Below are positions 50,520 to 60,627 of a stretch of 64,000 bases of DNA, in pieces. Every line of letters starts with the position of its first letter. Position 1 is the first letter of the stretch. The position numbers and the translations under genes are program-made. A model generated the notes under the pieces. It worked only from the letters and a program-made list of their open reading frames with translations, did not search any database and was not told the origin of the DNA. Where the stretch lies: positions 207,843-271,842 of the forward strand of contig JAMPXW010000001.1 in the NCBI GenBank assembly GCA_023701005.1, given 5' to 3'. Source of the stretch: Burkholderiales bacterium. GTDB taxonomy: Bacteria; Patescibacteriota; Minisyncoccia; Phycocordibacterales; UBA9973.

Positions 50520-52601
50520 TTGTATATGGCAAAAGAAAAAGAACAAGAAAAAGGTGCCGGGAAAGGGCATCATTATGATGCTAGTGATATTTCTGTTTTG
50601 GAAGGTCTTGATCCAGTACGTCGTCGTCCTGGAATGTATATTGGTACTACAGGCATAGATGGTTTGCATCATTTGATTTGGGAAATTTTTGATAACTCTC
50701 GTGATGAAGCGATGGGAGGTTTTTGTAATAATATAGAGATTGTTCTTTTGCCTCAAAATCGTATTCGTGTAGCTGACAATGGTAGAGGTATCCCCGTTGA
50801 TATTCATAAAAAAACAAAAGTGTCTGCATTGGAAACAGTTATGACAACTCTTCATGCAGGAGGTAAATTCGGAGGAGAAGGATATAAAGTTTCTGGAGGT
50901 TTGCATGGAGTAGGTGCTTCTGTAGTTAATGCACTTTCTATTTATTGTAAAGCAGAAGTTCATAAAGATGGTGGTAAATATCTTCAAGAATATTCTCAAG
51001 GTAAAAAGAAATCTGCTGTAAAGAAAGTTTCTTCTTCAAAGTTAAATGGAACTATTATAACTTTTCAACCAGATGAAGAAATATTTAAAGATATTAAATT
51101 TGACTTGAACACTGTAGTGAGTCATATTCGTCAGCAAGCTTATTTAGTGAAAGGGCTAAAGATTTTGATAATAGATGCTAGGGGATACGAAGGCAAGATA
51201 GATGATTCAGATATTTTTTATTTTAAAGAATTAGGATTAGAACTTCCTTCTACTTCTTTTTATTTTGAAGGAGGATTAACTTCTCTTGTTAAATATTACA
51301 ATAAATTCCAGAAGCCTTTACATAGCAGTATTTTTTACATTGAAAAAGAAGTTGATGGTGTTGGAGTTGAAATAGCTCTCCAATATGTTGATGATATCGT
51401 GGATAGAATAATTCCTTTTGCAAACAACATATACACTCCAGAAGGAGGCACACATGTCACAGGATTCAAGACGACTCTCACTCGTACTTTGAATACATAC
51501 TGTAAGAAGAATGAAATGATGAAAGAGTCTGAAGGAGGTTTTACTGGAGACGATGTTTTGGAAGGTTTGACTTGTGTTATTTCTGTTAAACTTCGTGAGA
51601 TACAATTTGAGGGACAAACTAAAGCAAAACTAGGTTCTGTAGAAGCACAAGGTGCTGTGGGAACTGTGTTTGGGGAAGCTTTTGCTGCGTTTTTAGAAGA
51701 AAATCCAGATGAAGCAAAAGCTATAATTAACAAGTCTATTTTAGCGTTAAAAGCTCGTAAGGCAGCTAAGGCAGCCAAGGATTCAGTTCTTCGCAAGGGT
51801 GCTCTTGAAGGCATGACTCTTCCAGGTAAATTAGCTGATTGTCAAAGTAAGAGTGCAGAAGAATCAGAATTGTTTTTGGTGGAGGGAGACTCTGCGGGTG
51901 GTTCCGCTAAACAAGGGAGAGACAGACGTACACAAGCCATACTTCCACTTCGTGGAAAGATTCTGAATGTTGAACGTGCTCGTATCGATAAAATGCTTGC
52001 TTCTAAAGAAGTGAGAGCTCTCGTCATAGCTATGGGTACTTCTATCGGAGATACTTTCGATTTAGAAAAGATGCGATATCATAAAATAATTATTGCGACA
52101 GATGCCGATGTCGATGGAGCTCACATACGTACTCTTCTTTTGACTCTTTTCTATAGATATTTTAGACAAGTAGTAGATGCTGGATATATTTATATTGCTC
52201 AACCACCACTTTATAAAATAAAAAGAGGTAAAGAAATAAATTATGCATATTCAGATGAAGAAAAAATAAAAATAATCGGCAAAGATACAGATGTAAGCGA
52301 GATAGAAGCAGTCGAAGATTCTGCTAATGTTGAAAATGAAGAAGAAGCAGAAGATTCTGAAGCAGAAACAAAAAAGAAAATGAATAAAGTGCATATTCAG
52401 CGTTACAAAGGTCTCGGAGAAATGAATCCAGAAGAACTTTGGGAAACGACGATGGATCCAGCTAAAAGAGTTTTAAAGAAAGTAAATATAGAAGATGCAG
52501 AAGAGGCAAATAAAGTTTTTGAAATTCTCATGGGCTCTGAGGTTCCTCCTAGAAAATCTTTCATTCAATCAAATGCAAAATTAGCAGAAATTGATATCTA
52601 A
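50520..52601 (+). CDS. gyrB: DNA gyrase subunit B
   Basis: GHKL ATPase motifs (EIFDNSRDEA, GLHGVGASVVNA), Toprim EGDSAGGSAKQGRDR, and the C-terminal PLRGKILNVE region. Confidence 0.9.
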   Translation: MYMAKEKEQEKGAGKGHHYDASDISVLEGLDPVRRRPGMYIGTTGIDGLHHLIWEIFDNSRDEAMGGFCNNIEIVLLPQNRIRVADNGRGIPVDIHKKTKVSALETVMTTLHAGGKFGGEGYKVSGGLHGVGASVVNALSIYCKAEVHKDGGKYLQEYSQGKKKSAVKKVSSSKLNGTIITFQPDEEIFKDIKFDLNTVVSHIRQQAYLVKGLKILIIDARGYEGKIDDSDIFYFKELGLELPSTSFYFEGGLTSLVKYYNKFQKPLHSSIFYIEKEVDGVGVEIALQYVDDIVDRIIPFANNIYTPEGGTHVTGFKTTLTRTLNTYCKKNEMMKESEGGFTGDDVLEGLTCVISVKLREIQFEGQTKAKLGSVEAQGAVGTVFGEAFAAFLEENPDEAKAIINKSILALKARKAAKAAKDSVLRKGALEGMTLPGKLADCQSKSAEESELFLVEGDSAGGSAKQGRDRRTQAILPLRGKILNVERARIDKMLASKEVRALVIAMGTSIGDTFDLEKMRYHKIIIATDADVDGAHIRTLLLTLFYRYFRQVVDAGYIYIAQPPLYKIKRGKEINYAYSDEEKIKIIGKDTDVSEIEAVEDSANVENEEEAEDSEAETKKKMNKVHIQRYKGLGEMNPEELWETTMDPAKRVLKKVNIEDAEEANKVFEILMGSEVPPRKSFIQSNAKLAEIDI

Positions 52602-53043
52602 TAAATTTATGAGTGAAGGATTGCAAAAATTAGATAAATCACAAATTGAAAAAGGGTTTGAAGCCTTGACTAATAAATTTACTGATATATTTAATAGACC
52701 ACTACCCGATGACCCTGAAAAAAGAAAAATTGTTATTTCGCTTGATAAAGCTTTTGAAGACTTTTTACAATATAAAATTAGTGAACACATAGGAGAAGTT
52801 TTAGATATACCCGATGAGGTTATTTTCAATATCATTGGAAATGCTTTTTCTATTAAACCTTGTGAATCTTTTAAAGAAGTTTTTTCGGTTCTTAGATTAG
52901 GGGCATATGGTGAAATAGGAGATAGCTATAAAGATGGTGATATTGAAAGAATTGGAAAAGATAAATGGAAAATAAGAGATATAAATGTTTTTAAAAAATT
53001 AGAAAAAGCATTAAAAAACAGCTACATAGAAGCAACACGTTAA
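52591..53043 (+). CDS. Hypothetical protein (overlaps the gyrB stop codon; probable start is MSEGLQKL at 52609)
   Basis: 150-aa ORF with no recognised family. Confidence 0.35.
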   Translation: MISNKFMSEGLQKLDKSQIEKGFEALTNKFTDIFNRPLPDDPEKRKIVISLDKAFEDFLQYKISEHIGEVLDIPDEVIFNIIGNAFSIKPCESFKEVFSVLRLGAYGEIGDSYKDGDIERIGKDKWKIRDINVFKKLEKALKNSYIEATR

Positions 53044-53082
53044 TTTTTTTAATTACAGAAGCCTTGATTTATGAGTTAACAT

Positions 53083-53385
53083 ATGTTAACCTATATATAT
53101 ATGTCTAAAAATAAAGATATTTTAGTGAAAAAGACAAAAAACTATTATTCTACACCAGAAGTAGCCAAGCTTCTTGGGGTCTCTCGTGTAGCCATTTTTA
53201 AGAAAATTAGAAATGGACAAATACATGCTGAAAAAATTGGCAGAAACTATATTATTCCAAGAGAAGAATATGAAACTATTGTGGGTCTTTTTGTGCCAGA
53301 ATATAGAAAAAGAGATATAGAAAATACAGTTGATCGTGTAGTCAAAAAATATGGTTCAGTATTGCGTAAACTTGGGAAAGAATAA
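53083..53385 (+). CDS. Excisionase/MerR-type HTH DNA-binding protein; candidate antitoxin for the downstream Doc/Fic gene
   Basis: PEVAKLLGVSRVAIFKKIRNGQIHAEKIGRNYIIPREE is a winged-HTH of the excisionase family. Confidence 0.5.
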   Translation: MLTYIYMSKNKDILVKKTKNYYSTPEVAKLLGVSRVAIFKKIRNGQIHAEKIGRNYIIPREEYETIVGLFVPEYRKRDIENTVDRVVKKYGSVLRKLGKE

Positions 53386-53390
53386 ATTTT

Positions 53391-53834
53391 ATGGCGCGGA
53401 AAATAATCAAACGCATAAAATTAGCAGATGTAGAATATATTGCTTTTCAATTAGCAAAAAAATTTTTAGAATGGGATGAACCAATTCCAGATTTTGATAC
53501 TCGTTTTCCAGATAAATTAGAAAGTTGTATTGAAACACCATTTCAAACGTTTGATAAAAAAAGTTTATATAAAGGTCTTGTAGAAAAATCGGCAATACTT
53601 TTTTATTTAATGAATAAAAATCATCCATTCCAAAATGGAAATAAAAGAATCGCAGTCACCACTTTGATGTTTTTTCTGATAGAAAATAGTAAATGGCTTT
53701 CAGTTTCTAATCACGATTTTTATGAATTTGCTCGTGAGGTCGCAGGAAGTAGAGCAGAAGATAAGGATGATATTATGATAATCATACGTTCATTTATTAA
53801 AGAAAACCTTGAAGAATTTGACTCAGCAAAATAA
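53391..53834 (+). CDS. Fic/Doc-family protein (Doc-like toxin)
   Basis: HPFQNGNKRIAVTTLMFFL matches the Fic/Doc core motif HxFx(D/N)(G/A)NKR; 147 aa, Doc-sized. Confidence 0.65.
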   Translation: MARKIIKRIKLADVEYIAFQLAKKFLEWDEPIPDFDTRFPDKLESCIETPFQTFDKKSLYKGLVEKSAILFYLMNKNHPFQNGNKRIAVTTLMFFLIENSKWLSVSNHDFYEFAREVAGSRAEDKDDIMIIIRSFIKENLEEFDSAK

Positions 53835-53839
53835 TATTT

Positions 53840-54298
53840 ATGGAAATAAGCGAAATTACAAAACAATATTGGACGAAAGAAGATTGGGAAAATCTAGAAA
53901 AAGTAGAATCAGCAGGTGATTTATATATTATTGCTCAAGATGTTATTTCTCGTATGCCAAAGCCCTTTGTGCAAGTTTGTGGTCCTATTGCTACAGGGGG
54001 ATTAGGTTCTTTGGATGCAAATTTGAATCTTTTTAATGAAACTATAAAAGAGTTACAAAATGAAGGATTGAGTGTTTTTGATCAAATGCCATTTGAAGAT
54101 TCAATGCAAAGATTAAAGAAGAAAATCACTTCTAAAAGTGAAGTGGTGACAACTATTTTGACAGATTTTTATTATCCAATTTTTGAGTCTGGATTAATTT
54201 CCGCGTTTTATTTTATTCCTGGATGGGAGACATCTTTTGGAGCAAAATGCGAACATGAAAAAGCAAAAGAGCTTGGCATAAAAATAGTTTATTTGTAG
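53840..54298 (+). CDS. Hypothetical protein, possibly a nucleoside 2-deoxyribosyltransferase-like/DUF4406-type fold
   Basis: VQVCGPIATGG...LSVFDQMP pattern. Weak assignment. Confidence 0.3.
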   Translation: MEISEITKQYWTKEDWENLEKVESAGDLYIIAQDVISRMPKPFVQVCGPIATGGLGSLDANLNLFNETIKELQNEGLSVFDQMPFEDSMQRLKKKITSKSEVVTTILTDFYYPIFESGLISAFYFIPGWETSFGAKCEHEKAKELGIKIVYL

Positions 54299-54299
54299 A

Positions 54300-56051
54300 T
54301 TATTTCTTTTCTTTTATCTCTTCTGTGAGTTTTGAGAGAAGTTCTTCTTTTGTCATTTGACCAAGTGGCCCAGCATCACGAGATTCTATAGTGACTTTAT
54401 TTGCTTCTATTTCCTTGTCACCAATTACTATCCAATAAGGTATTTTGTTATTTTTTGCATCGCGTACTTTTCCTCCGAGATTTGATTCTTCGTCATCTAG
54501 CTCTACGCGGATGTTATTTTCTTTTAATAAATTATAAACTTCTTTTGCATATTCGTTATGATTGGTCCTTACAGGGATTATTTTAACTTGAACTGGAGAA
54601 AGCCAAAGAGGGAATACACCAGCATAATGTTCTATCATCACACCCATAAATCTTTCGAATGATCCAAATATTGCAACATGGAGAACTACTACTCGATGTT
54701 TTTTTCCATCTTCTCCGGTGTAATTCATATCAAAATTTTCTGGTTGATTAAAATCAAGTTGTATTGTGGTAAGTTGCCATTGTCTACCTATAGAATCTTT
54801 TACTTTTATATCTATTTTAGGACCATAAAAAGCTGCTTCTCCTTCTTCGACACTATATTGAAGGTTCATTTTTTTTGCAGATTGGATCAATATGTTTTCA
54901 GCTTTTTCCCATACTTCATCGCTTCCAAAATATTTTTTCTTATTTTTTGGATCTCTGATAGAAATTTCAATTTTGTAATCTTTAAAATTAAATATTTTGT
55001 AAACTTTTTGCATTAACTCAAAAATCATTTCTATTTCAGATTCAATTTGGTCGGTTCTTATAAAATGATGTGTATCATCTTGGGTTAAATTTTTTACACG
55101 TAAAAGACCAGAAAGCTCACCACTCTTTTCATTACGATATACTGTTGTATTCTCTGCGATACGTAGAGGTAAATCACGGTAACTGTGTGGTTCAGCATTA
55201 TATATTTCAAAATGATGAGGACAATTCATTGCTTTCATGACGAATTCTTCGCCGTTTTCATCTGTCATCGTTGGCATCATTGCATCATATTTACCCATAT
55301 GTCCACTTCTTATATAAAGTTCCTTTTTTGCTATGTGTGGTATCGTGACAAAAGAATACCCTAAATTTTCTTTCTCTTTTCTTATAAAGTTTTCTAGTTG
55401 AGTTCTTATGATATTGCCTTTAGGTAAATACATTGGTAATCCTTTGCCTACTAGCTCAGAGATTGTGAATAATCCCATTTCTTTTCCAATTTTTTTGTGG
55501 TCTCTTTTTAATGCTTCTTCTCTTTGTAATAAATATGTATCGAGTTCTTCTTTTGTTTCAAATGCTAAGCCATATATACGTGTGAGCATTTTATTTTTTT
55601 CATCTCCACGCCAATATGCCCCAGCGACACGATCGAGTTTGAAAGAAAGGGGATCAATGTTTAAAGCAGGATTTTCTAAATGCCCTCCTCGACATAAATC
55701 AGTAAAACCTCCACAAGTATATGTAGTTATTTTTTCTCCACGATCTGCTATTTCATTAATGAGTTCTATCTTATATTCATTTTTGAATAAATTCAAAGCA
55801 TCTTCTTTATTTAGTTCTTTTTGTTCCCATTCCGTCCATTTTGGAAGTTCTTTTCGCATTGTGTCTTCAATCTTTTTAAGATCGCTATCAGATATTTTTT
55901 CATCTCCGAAATCTATATCATAATAGAATCCATTTTCAACAGAAGGCCCTAATGTTAGTTTGATTTTATCAAACTTATATATTTTACCTACTGCGGCTGC
56001 TAATAAGTGAGCCAATGTATGTCTTAAATTATGCAATTTATCGTTTTCCAT
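54300..56051 (-). CDS. thrS: Threonine-tRNA ligase (lacks the N-terminal TGS/editing domains)
   Basis: Class II motifs (YRDLPLRIAENTTVYRNEKSGELSGLLRVKNLTQDDTHHF), zinc-ligand residues and the anticodon-binding domain. Confidence 0.9.
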   Translation of the reverse strand: MENDKLHNLRHTLAHLLAAAVGKIYKFDKIKLTLGPSVENGFYYDIDFGDEKISDSDLKKIEDTMRKELPKWTEWEQKELNKEDALNLFKNEYKIELINEIADRGEKITTYTCGGFTDLCRGGHLENPALNIDPLSFKLDRVAGAYWRGDEKNKMLTRIYGLAFETKEELDTYLLQREEALKRDHKKIGKEMGLFTISELVGKGLPMYLPKGNIIRTQLENFIRKEKENLGYSFVTIPHIAKKELYIRSGHMGKYDAMMPTMTDENGEEFVMKAMNCPHHFEIYNAEPHSYRDLPLRIAENTTVYRNEKSGELSGLLRVKNLTQDDTHHFIRTDQIESEIEMIFELMQKVYKIFNFKDYKIEISIRDPKNKKKYFGSDEVWEKAENILIQSAKKMNLQYSVEEGEAAFYGPKIDIKVKDSIGRQWQLTTIQLDFNQPENFDMNYTGEDGKKHRVVVLHVAIFGSFERFMGVMIEHYAGVFPLWLSPVQVKIIPVRTNHNEYAKEVYNLLKENNIRVELDDEESNLGGKVRDAKNNKIPYWIVIGDKEIEANKVTIESRDAGPLGQMTKEELLSKLTEEIKEKK

Positions 56052-56059
56052 ATTTTTAT

Positions 56060-56275
56060 ATATTATTAATAAAATTAAAATCGCCCCGACAAAAATGAAA
56101 AAGTCTCATTTTTGTCGGGGCGAGTCTAGTTCGCGGTTCCACCCAACTTTGTTCTTTTTGTTTATAGATTAGCCTTTACGGTCCTATTTTTATAGGATTA
56201 TGGTTGGTAGCCATAACAATCTCTATTCCCCTAAGAATATCATTTTTTTGATAAAAGTACAATAATTTTGCATTT
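56060..56275 (-). promoter_or_regulatory. T-box riboswitch leader for thrS (minus strand)
   Basis: The minus strand carries the T-box consensus GGGTGGAACCGCG (plus-strand 56132-56144). It is followed by a 16-bp terminator hairpin (plus 56082-56122) and a U-run, then thrS. An upstream stem I region carries a candidate ACC (Thr) specifier in ggctACCaacc. Confidence 0.55.
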
Positions 56276-56305
56276 CTTATGGAATATGCTACTATAGGTT
56301 ACATT

Positions 56306-56530
56306 ATGGTAGTACGAATGAGACATACAAAATCACATACGAAAAACCGACGTTCTCACCACGCATTGGAGAGTACGAGTTTTGCTAAATGTGAAAATTG
56401 TAAGAGTTTAAAGCGACGTCATACGGTTTGTTCCTCTTGTGGATTTTATCGTGGGATGAAAGTTTTAGATTTAGTAAAAAAGATAGAAAAGAAGCAAAAG
56501 AAAGAAAAGGCGGCTCAAGCAAAGAGCTAG
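56306..56530 (+). CDS. rpmF: 50S ribosomal protein L32
   Basis: RHTKSHTKNRRSHHAL ... CENCKSLKRRHTVCSSCGFYRG is the L32 zinc-ribbon. The ORF-track start at 56279 is probably too early. Confidence 0.8.
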   Translation: MVVRMRHTKSHTKNRRSHHALESTSFAKCENCKSLKRRHTVCSSCGFYRGMKVLDLVKKIEKKQKKEKAAQAKS

Positions 56531-56613
56531 TTTATAAAGTAGAAAGTAGAAAGTGAAAAGTAATTCATTTTTTCTAACTTTATAGACTTTAAGAACTTTA
56601 TAACTTTACACTT

Positions 56614-57585
56614 ATGGCTAACAGGCACCTTTCAAGATCAATAGTACTTCAGACACTTTTCGAGTGGGATTTTATGTCTGCCACAGAAAAATCTAGCGCC
56701 TGGGACGATAAAAAAATAAAAGAAGCTTTAAATAGAAATCTTAAGGAGTTTGCTCCTGGACTTGAGGATGATGTTTTTGTCATTTCTTTAGTTGATTCGA
56801 TTTTAAAAAAATGTGATGTTATTGACGAGATAATAACAAAAGCAGCTCCAGATTGGCCTTTAGATAAAATATCAGTTGTTGATAGAAATATATTGAGAAT
56901 TGGCTTATCAGAGCTTTTGTTTGGAGATAGAAATGAAGTTCCTCCTAAGGTTGCTATCAATGAAGCCATCGAATTGGCAAAAACTTTTGGTGGTGAAAAT
57001 TCTGGTAAATTTGTAAATGGAGTTCTCGGTGCTGTATATAAAGAAATAGGAGAGCCAGGTAAAGAACAAGTAAGTAAAAAAAAGAAAGAAGAAGAGCCTC
57101 TAGATATTACAAAACTTCCAGTAGAAAAATTAGGTGGTGCTTTGATTTATGCAAAGAAACCAGCCTCGACTAGTACGAGTCTAGGCGGGGGGAATAATAT
57201 TTTATTTGCATTAGTTCATGATGTGTTTGGATATTGGACTTTATCAAAAGGAAAGATAGGAGATACAGAAGAAACAAAAGGAGAAACTACAGAAGAAGGA
57301 ACAATAAGAAAAATAAAAGAAGAAATTGGTTTGGATATAACAATAAAAGAAAAGATAGGAGAAAATGAATATGTTGCTACTCATCCAGAAAAAGGGAAGA
57401 CTTTGAAAAAGGTGACATATTTCTTGGCAGAAAGTGAATATAGAGAAATTCAATTGGGAGAATCTGGTGGTTTGGATAATGCAAAATGGTTTCAACTTTC
57501 TGAGATTCCAGAACTTCGTATTTACAATGATATTATTCCACTTGTCACAAAGGCCATAGAAATATTGAGCAAAAAAGAAATTTAG
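56614..57585 (+). CDS. nusB: NusB antitermination factor fused to a C-terminal NUDIX hydrolase domain, with an in-frame GC-rich insert ([11 protein letters not shown]) in the NUDIX domain
   Basis: N-terminus [20 protein letters not shown]...[26 protein letters not shown] is NusB. C-terminus [28 protein letters not shown] is a Nudix box. Confidence 0.7.
   Translation: MANRHLSRSIVLQTLFEWDFMSATEKSSAWDDKKIKEALNRNLKEFAPGLEDDVFVISLVDSILKKCDVIDEIITKAAPDWPLDKISVVDRNILRIGLSELLFGDRNEVPPKVAINEAIELAKTFGGENSGKFVNGVLGAVYKEIGEPGKEQVSKKKKEEEPLDITKLPVEKLGGALIYAKKPASTSTSLGGGNNILFALVHDVFGYWTLSKGKIGDTEETKGETTEEGTIRKIKEEIGLDITIKEKIGENEYVATHPEKGKTLKKVTYFLAESEYREIQLGESGGLDNAKWFQLSEIPELRIYNDIIPLVTKAIEILSKKEI
57160..57192. 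repeat. GC-rich GCCTCGAC-family element in-frame inside the nusB-NUDIX gene (ccagcctcgactagtacgagtctaggcgggggg)
   Basis: Shares the 5' core cc-n-gcctcgac with the truB and pheT copies. Confidence 0.6.
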
Positions 57586-57611
57586 ATTATAAAGTTTAAT
57601 ACATAAAGAAA

Positions 57612-58307
57612 ATGATACAGTTTTCAGATTTTGAAAAAAATACAAAAATAGTTTTTAAAGATAAGAATTTATTAAAACAAGCTTTCATTCATCGATCATA
57701 CATCAATGAGAATGCAGGTTCTTTTTTGTCACACAATGAACGTTTAGAATTTTTAGGGGATGCTGTATTGGAATTAGTCGTGACAGATTTTTTATATAAA
57801 AAATATCCAAATTACACAGAAGGAGAATTGACAGCTATTAGATCTGCTTTAGTAAATGCAATAATAATTTCAGAAGTTGCTTTGAAGGTAGGAATGAATG
57901 ATTATTTGCTTTTATCTAAAGGTGAATCGAAAGATAATGGTAAAGCAAGACAATATATTTTGGCAAATACATATGAAGCTTTTGTCGGAGCTGTTTATCT
58001 AGATCAAGGATATGATGTTGTGAATAAATTTATAACCACTAGTCTATTGCCACATACAGACGAGATAGTCTCCAAAAAGCTTTGGCGAGATGCAAAGAGT
58101 CTAGTTCAAGAAAAAGCTCAGGAATTTGTACAAGTTACTCCTTTATATAAAGTTTTGCATGAATCAGGCCCTGACCATGACAAACATTTTACTGTCGGTA
58201 TCTTTTTTGGACAGAGCTTGATAGCTGAAGGAAAAGGTAAATCTAAACAAGAAGCAGAACAGAAAGCAGCAGAAATGGCATTAAAAATAAAAAATTGGAT
58301 GGAATAA
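57612..58307 (+). CDS. rnc: Ribonuclease III
   Basis: RNase III signature ERLEFLGDAVLELVVTDFLY plus a C-terminal dsRBD. Confidence 0.9.
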   Translation: MIQFSDFEKNTKIVFKDKNLLKQAFIHRSYINENAGSFLSHNERLEFLGDAVLELVVTDFLYKKYPNYTEGELTAIRSALVNAIIISEVALKVGMNDYLLLSKGESKDNGKARQYILANTYEAFVGAVYLDQGYDVVNKFITTSLLPHTDEIVSKKLWRDAKSLVQEKAQEFVQVTPLYKVLHESGPDHDKHFTVGIFFGQSLIAEGKGKSKQEAEQKAAEMALKIKNWME

Positions 58308-58310
58308 AAT

Positions 58311-60548
58311 ATGAGATTAAAGAACCTCGAAATAAATGGTTTTAAATCTTTCGCGAAAAAAACTGTTTTAGAGTTTCAACATCCTGTCGTATCTATTGTG
58401 GGTCCAAATGGATCAGGTAAATCAAATGTAGTAGAAGCATTGCGTTTTGTTCTAGGAGAACAGTCCATGAAATCAATGCGTGGCTCACAAGGAGCGGATT
58501 TGATATTTAAAGGTTCAAAGAATTTACCAAAGAGTTCTAGGGCCAGCGTGACTATATATTTTGATAATTCTGATAATGTTTTCAAATTATCGAATGAAAC
58601 TGGAGAGAATTTAAATTTAAATTACGATGTGATATCTATTTCTCGTGAAGTTTTTTCTGATGGTTTAAATAAATATATTTTAAATGGGTCAGAGGTTAGA
58701 TTGAAAGATATAAATAATTTATTGTCATCTGTTAATATTGGTTCTTCTGGACATCACATAATCTCACAAGGAGAGGCAGATAGGATTTTGAATGCATCGC
58801 CAAAAGATAGGAGAGAGATGGTAGAAGATGCTCTCGGTTTGAAAATATATCAATATAAAATAAAAGAAGCAGGACGCAAGCTAGAGAGAACAGCAAATAA
58901 TATGAAAGAAGTTTCTCTTTTGCGTCGCGAGAATGCTCCACATTTAAATTTCTTAAGGAAACAAGTTGATAAATTTGAAAAAGCGAAAGAAATGCAAGTT
59001 AGCTTGTTGTCTTTGTATAATGAGTATTTGAAAAAAGAAAGTATCTATTTAGAAAATGAAAAACAAAATCTTTCGAATGAAAAGAACAAAATAGTTGCTG
59101 AATTAGAAAGCATAAAAGATAAGATAGAAAGTGTAGAAGAAGAAAACATAATAGAAAGTGAAAAAGAAAAACAATTGAAAGATTTAGAAAGAAAGGTAAA
59201 CGAGATTCGTCACGTAAAGGGTGAAATAGAACGAAAATTGGGAAGAATAGAGGGAATGATAGAAATGGAAGAAAGGAGAGAGAAGAAGGCTCCAGCAATT
59301 GTTGTAAAAAATCCCGAAGAAATAAAAGCAATTTTTGATGAGATTGCTGAAGAAATAGAAGTGGCTATTGTTGAAGAAAATGTTTCTGAGATTAAGTTCA
59401 TTCTTTTGAGAATAAAAGATGTTTTGCAAAAATTTAATCAGACAGAAGAAAAGACAGAGAATCATTCCATCAATTCAGAAATTTTGGAGTTGAAAAATGA
59501 TCAACAAAGGATCTTGTCTGAAATGCAAAATATTACCAACGAAGAGAATAAGATTTTTGAGAGCATTCAGGTTTTGAGAGGTCAAATAAGAGAAGAGAAA
59601 GAAATTTTACATACAAAAGAGAAAGAGAGGTTTAATTTTAGAGTTAGAAACCAAGAATTAACTTCTCATTTAGAAATAATTTCAGTAAAAGAATACAACT
59701 TATCCAAACAACAAGAATCATTTGAAAACGAATTGAGGGAGGGGTCTATACTTATTGGAAATGATATTTTGAATTATAAAAATTTCGAGGCTTCTTTGGA
59801 AGTGGATCGTGGGCTTCAAGAAGAATTAAAAAGAAAAATTGAACGTATAAAAATAAAATTAGAAGATGTTGGTTTAGGAGGAGGGGCTGATGTTTTGAAA
59901 GAATATGAAGAAGTGTCTCAAAGAGATAGTTTTTTGGCTAAAGAGATGGAAGATTTAGCTAAGAGCATAGAATCACTACGTTTGTTGATAGCAGACTTGA
60001 AAGAGAAAATAGATATAGAATTTAAAGAAGGTATCAAAAAAATAAATATAGAATTTAGTAAATTCTTTTCTCTGATGTTTGGAGGAGGGGAGGGATATTT
60101 ATCAGTAGTTACAGAAAATAAAAAGAAAAAAAATAACGAAGAATCCTTCGAAACCACTCGGGATGATTCTGGTGAATCAGATATAATATTTGAACAGGGT
60201 ATAGAAATAAATGTGACTCTTCCTCATAAAAAGGTGAAAGAATTGAATGCTCTTTCAGGAGGAGAAAGATCTCTTACTTCTATTGCTCTTTTGTTTGCGA
60301 TGTCTCAAGTAAATCCACCACCATTCTTAGTTTTAGATGAGACAGATGCGGCTTTAGATGAAGCAAACTCACGAAAATATGGAGATATGTTAGAAAAACT
60401 TTCTCATCATTCTCAGCTTGTCGTTGTCACACACAACAGAGAGACGATGTCTCGAGCAGGTATTTTGTATGGGGTTACAGTCGGAGCTGACGGTGCCTCA
60501 AAACTTCTTTCAGTAAAACTAGATGAAGCAAAAGCGATTGCAAAATAA
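58311..60548 (+). CDS. smc: SMC-family chromosome segregation ATPase (short form, 745 aa)
   Basis: N-terminal Walker A GPNGSGKSN, long coiled coil, C-terminal signature LSGGERSLTSIALLFAM, and Walker B/D-loop FLVLDETDAALD. Confidence 0.8.
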   Translation: MRLKNLEINGFKSFAKKTVLEFQHPVVSIVGPNGSGKSNVVEALRFVLGEQSMKSMRGSQGADLIFKGSKNLPKSSRASVTIYFDNSDNVFKLSNETGENLNLNYDVISISREVFSDGLNKYILNGSEVRLKDINNLLSSVNIGSSGHHIISQGEADRILNASPKDRREMVEDALGLKIYQYKIKEAGRKLERTANNMKEVSLLRRENAPHLNFLRKQVDKFEKAKEMQVSLLSLYNEYLKKESIYLENEKQNLSNEKNKIVAELESIKDKIESVEEENIIESEKEKQLKDLERKVNEIRHVKGEIERKLGRIEGMIEMEERREKKAPAIVVKNPEEIKAIFDEIAEEIEVAIVEENVSEIKFILLRIKDVLQKFNQTEEKTENHSINSEILELKNDQQRILSEMQNITNEENKIFESIQVLRGQIREEKEILHTKEKERFNFRVRNQELTSHLEIISVKEYNLSKQQESFENELREGSILIGNDILNYKNFEASLEVDRGLQEELKRKIERIKIKLEDVGLGGGADVLKEYEEVSQRDSFLAKEMEDLAKSIESLRLLIADLKEKIDIEFKEGIKKINIEFSKFFSLMFGGGEGYLSVVTENKKKKNNEESFETTRDDSGESDIIFEQGIEINVTLPHKKVKELNALSGGERSLTSIALLFAMSQVNPPPFLVLDETDAALDEANSRKYGDMLEKLSHHSQLVVVTHNRETMSRAGILYGVTVGADGASKLLSVKLDEAKAIAK

Positions 60549-60582
60549 TAAATTTGACTTTCTTTGTCAAGAGATGTAATCT

Positions 60583-60612
60583 AAAAACTAGTTAAATAAA
60601 CTAGTTTTTTTA
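60583..60612 (+). terminator. Rho-independent terminator after smc
   Basis: aaaactagttaaataaactagtttt followed by tttt. Confidence 0.6.
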
Positions 60613-60627
60613 CAAATTAAAAATCAA

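Noticed and set aside
50517-50999. 160-aa minus-strand ORF overlapping the start of gyrB
   Set aside because: Antisense to a strongly supported gyrB ATPase domain. Low-complexity, Cys/His-rich translation typical of spurious AT-rich antisense frames.
51335-51814. 159-aa minus-strand ORF inside gyrB
   Set aside because: Antisense shadow ORF in the GC-richer part of gyrB.
55408-55923. 171-aa plus-strand ORF inside thrS
   Set aside because: Antisense to well-supported ThrRS catalytic motifs.
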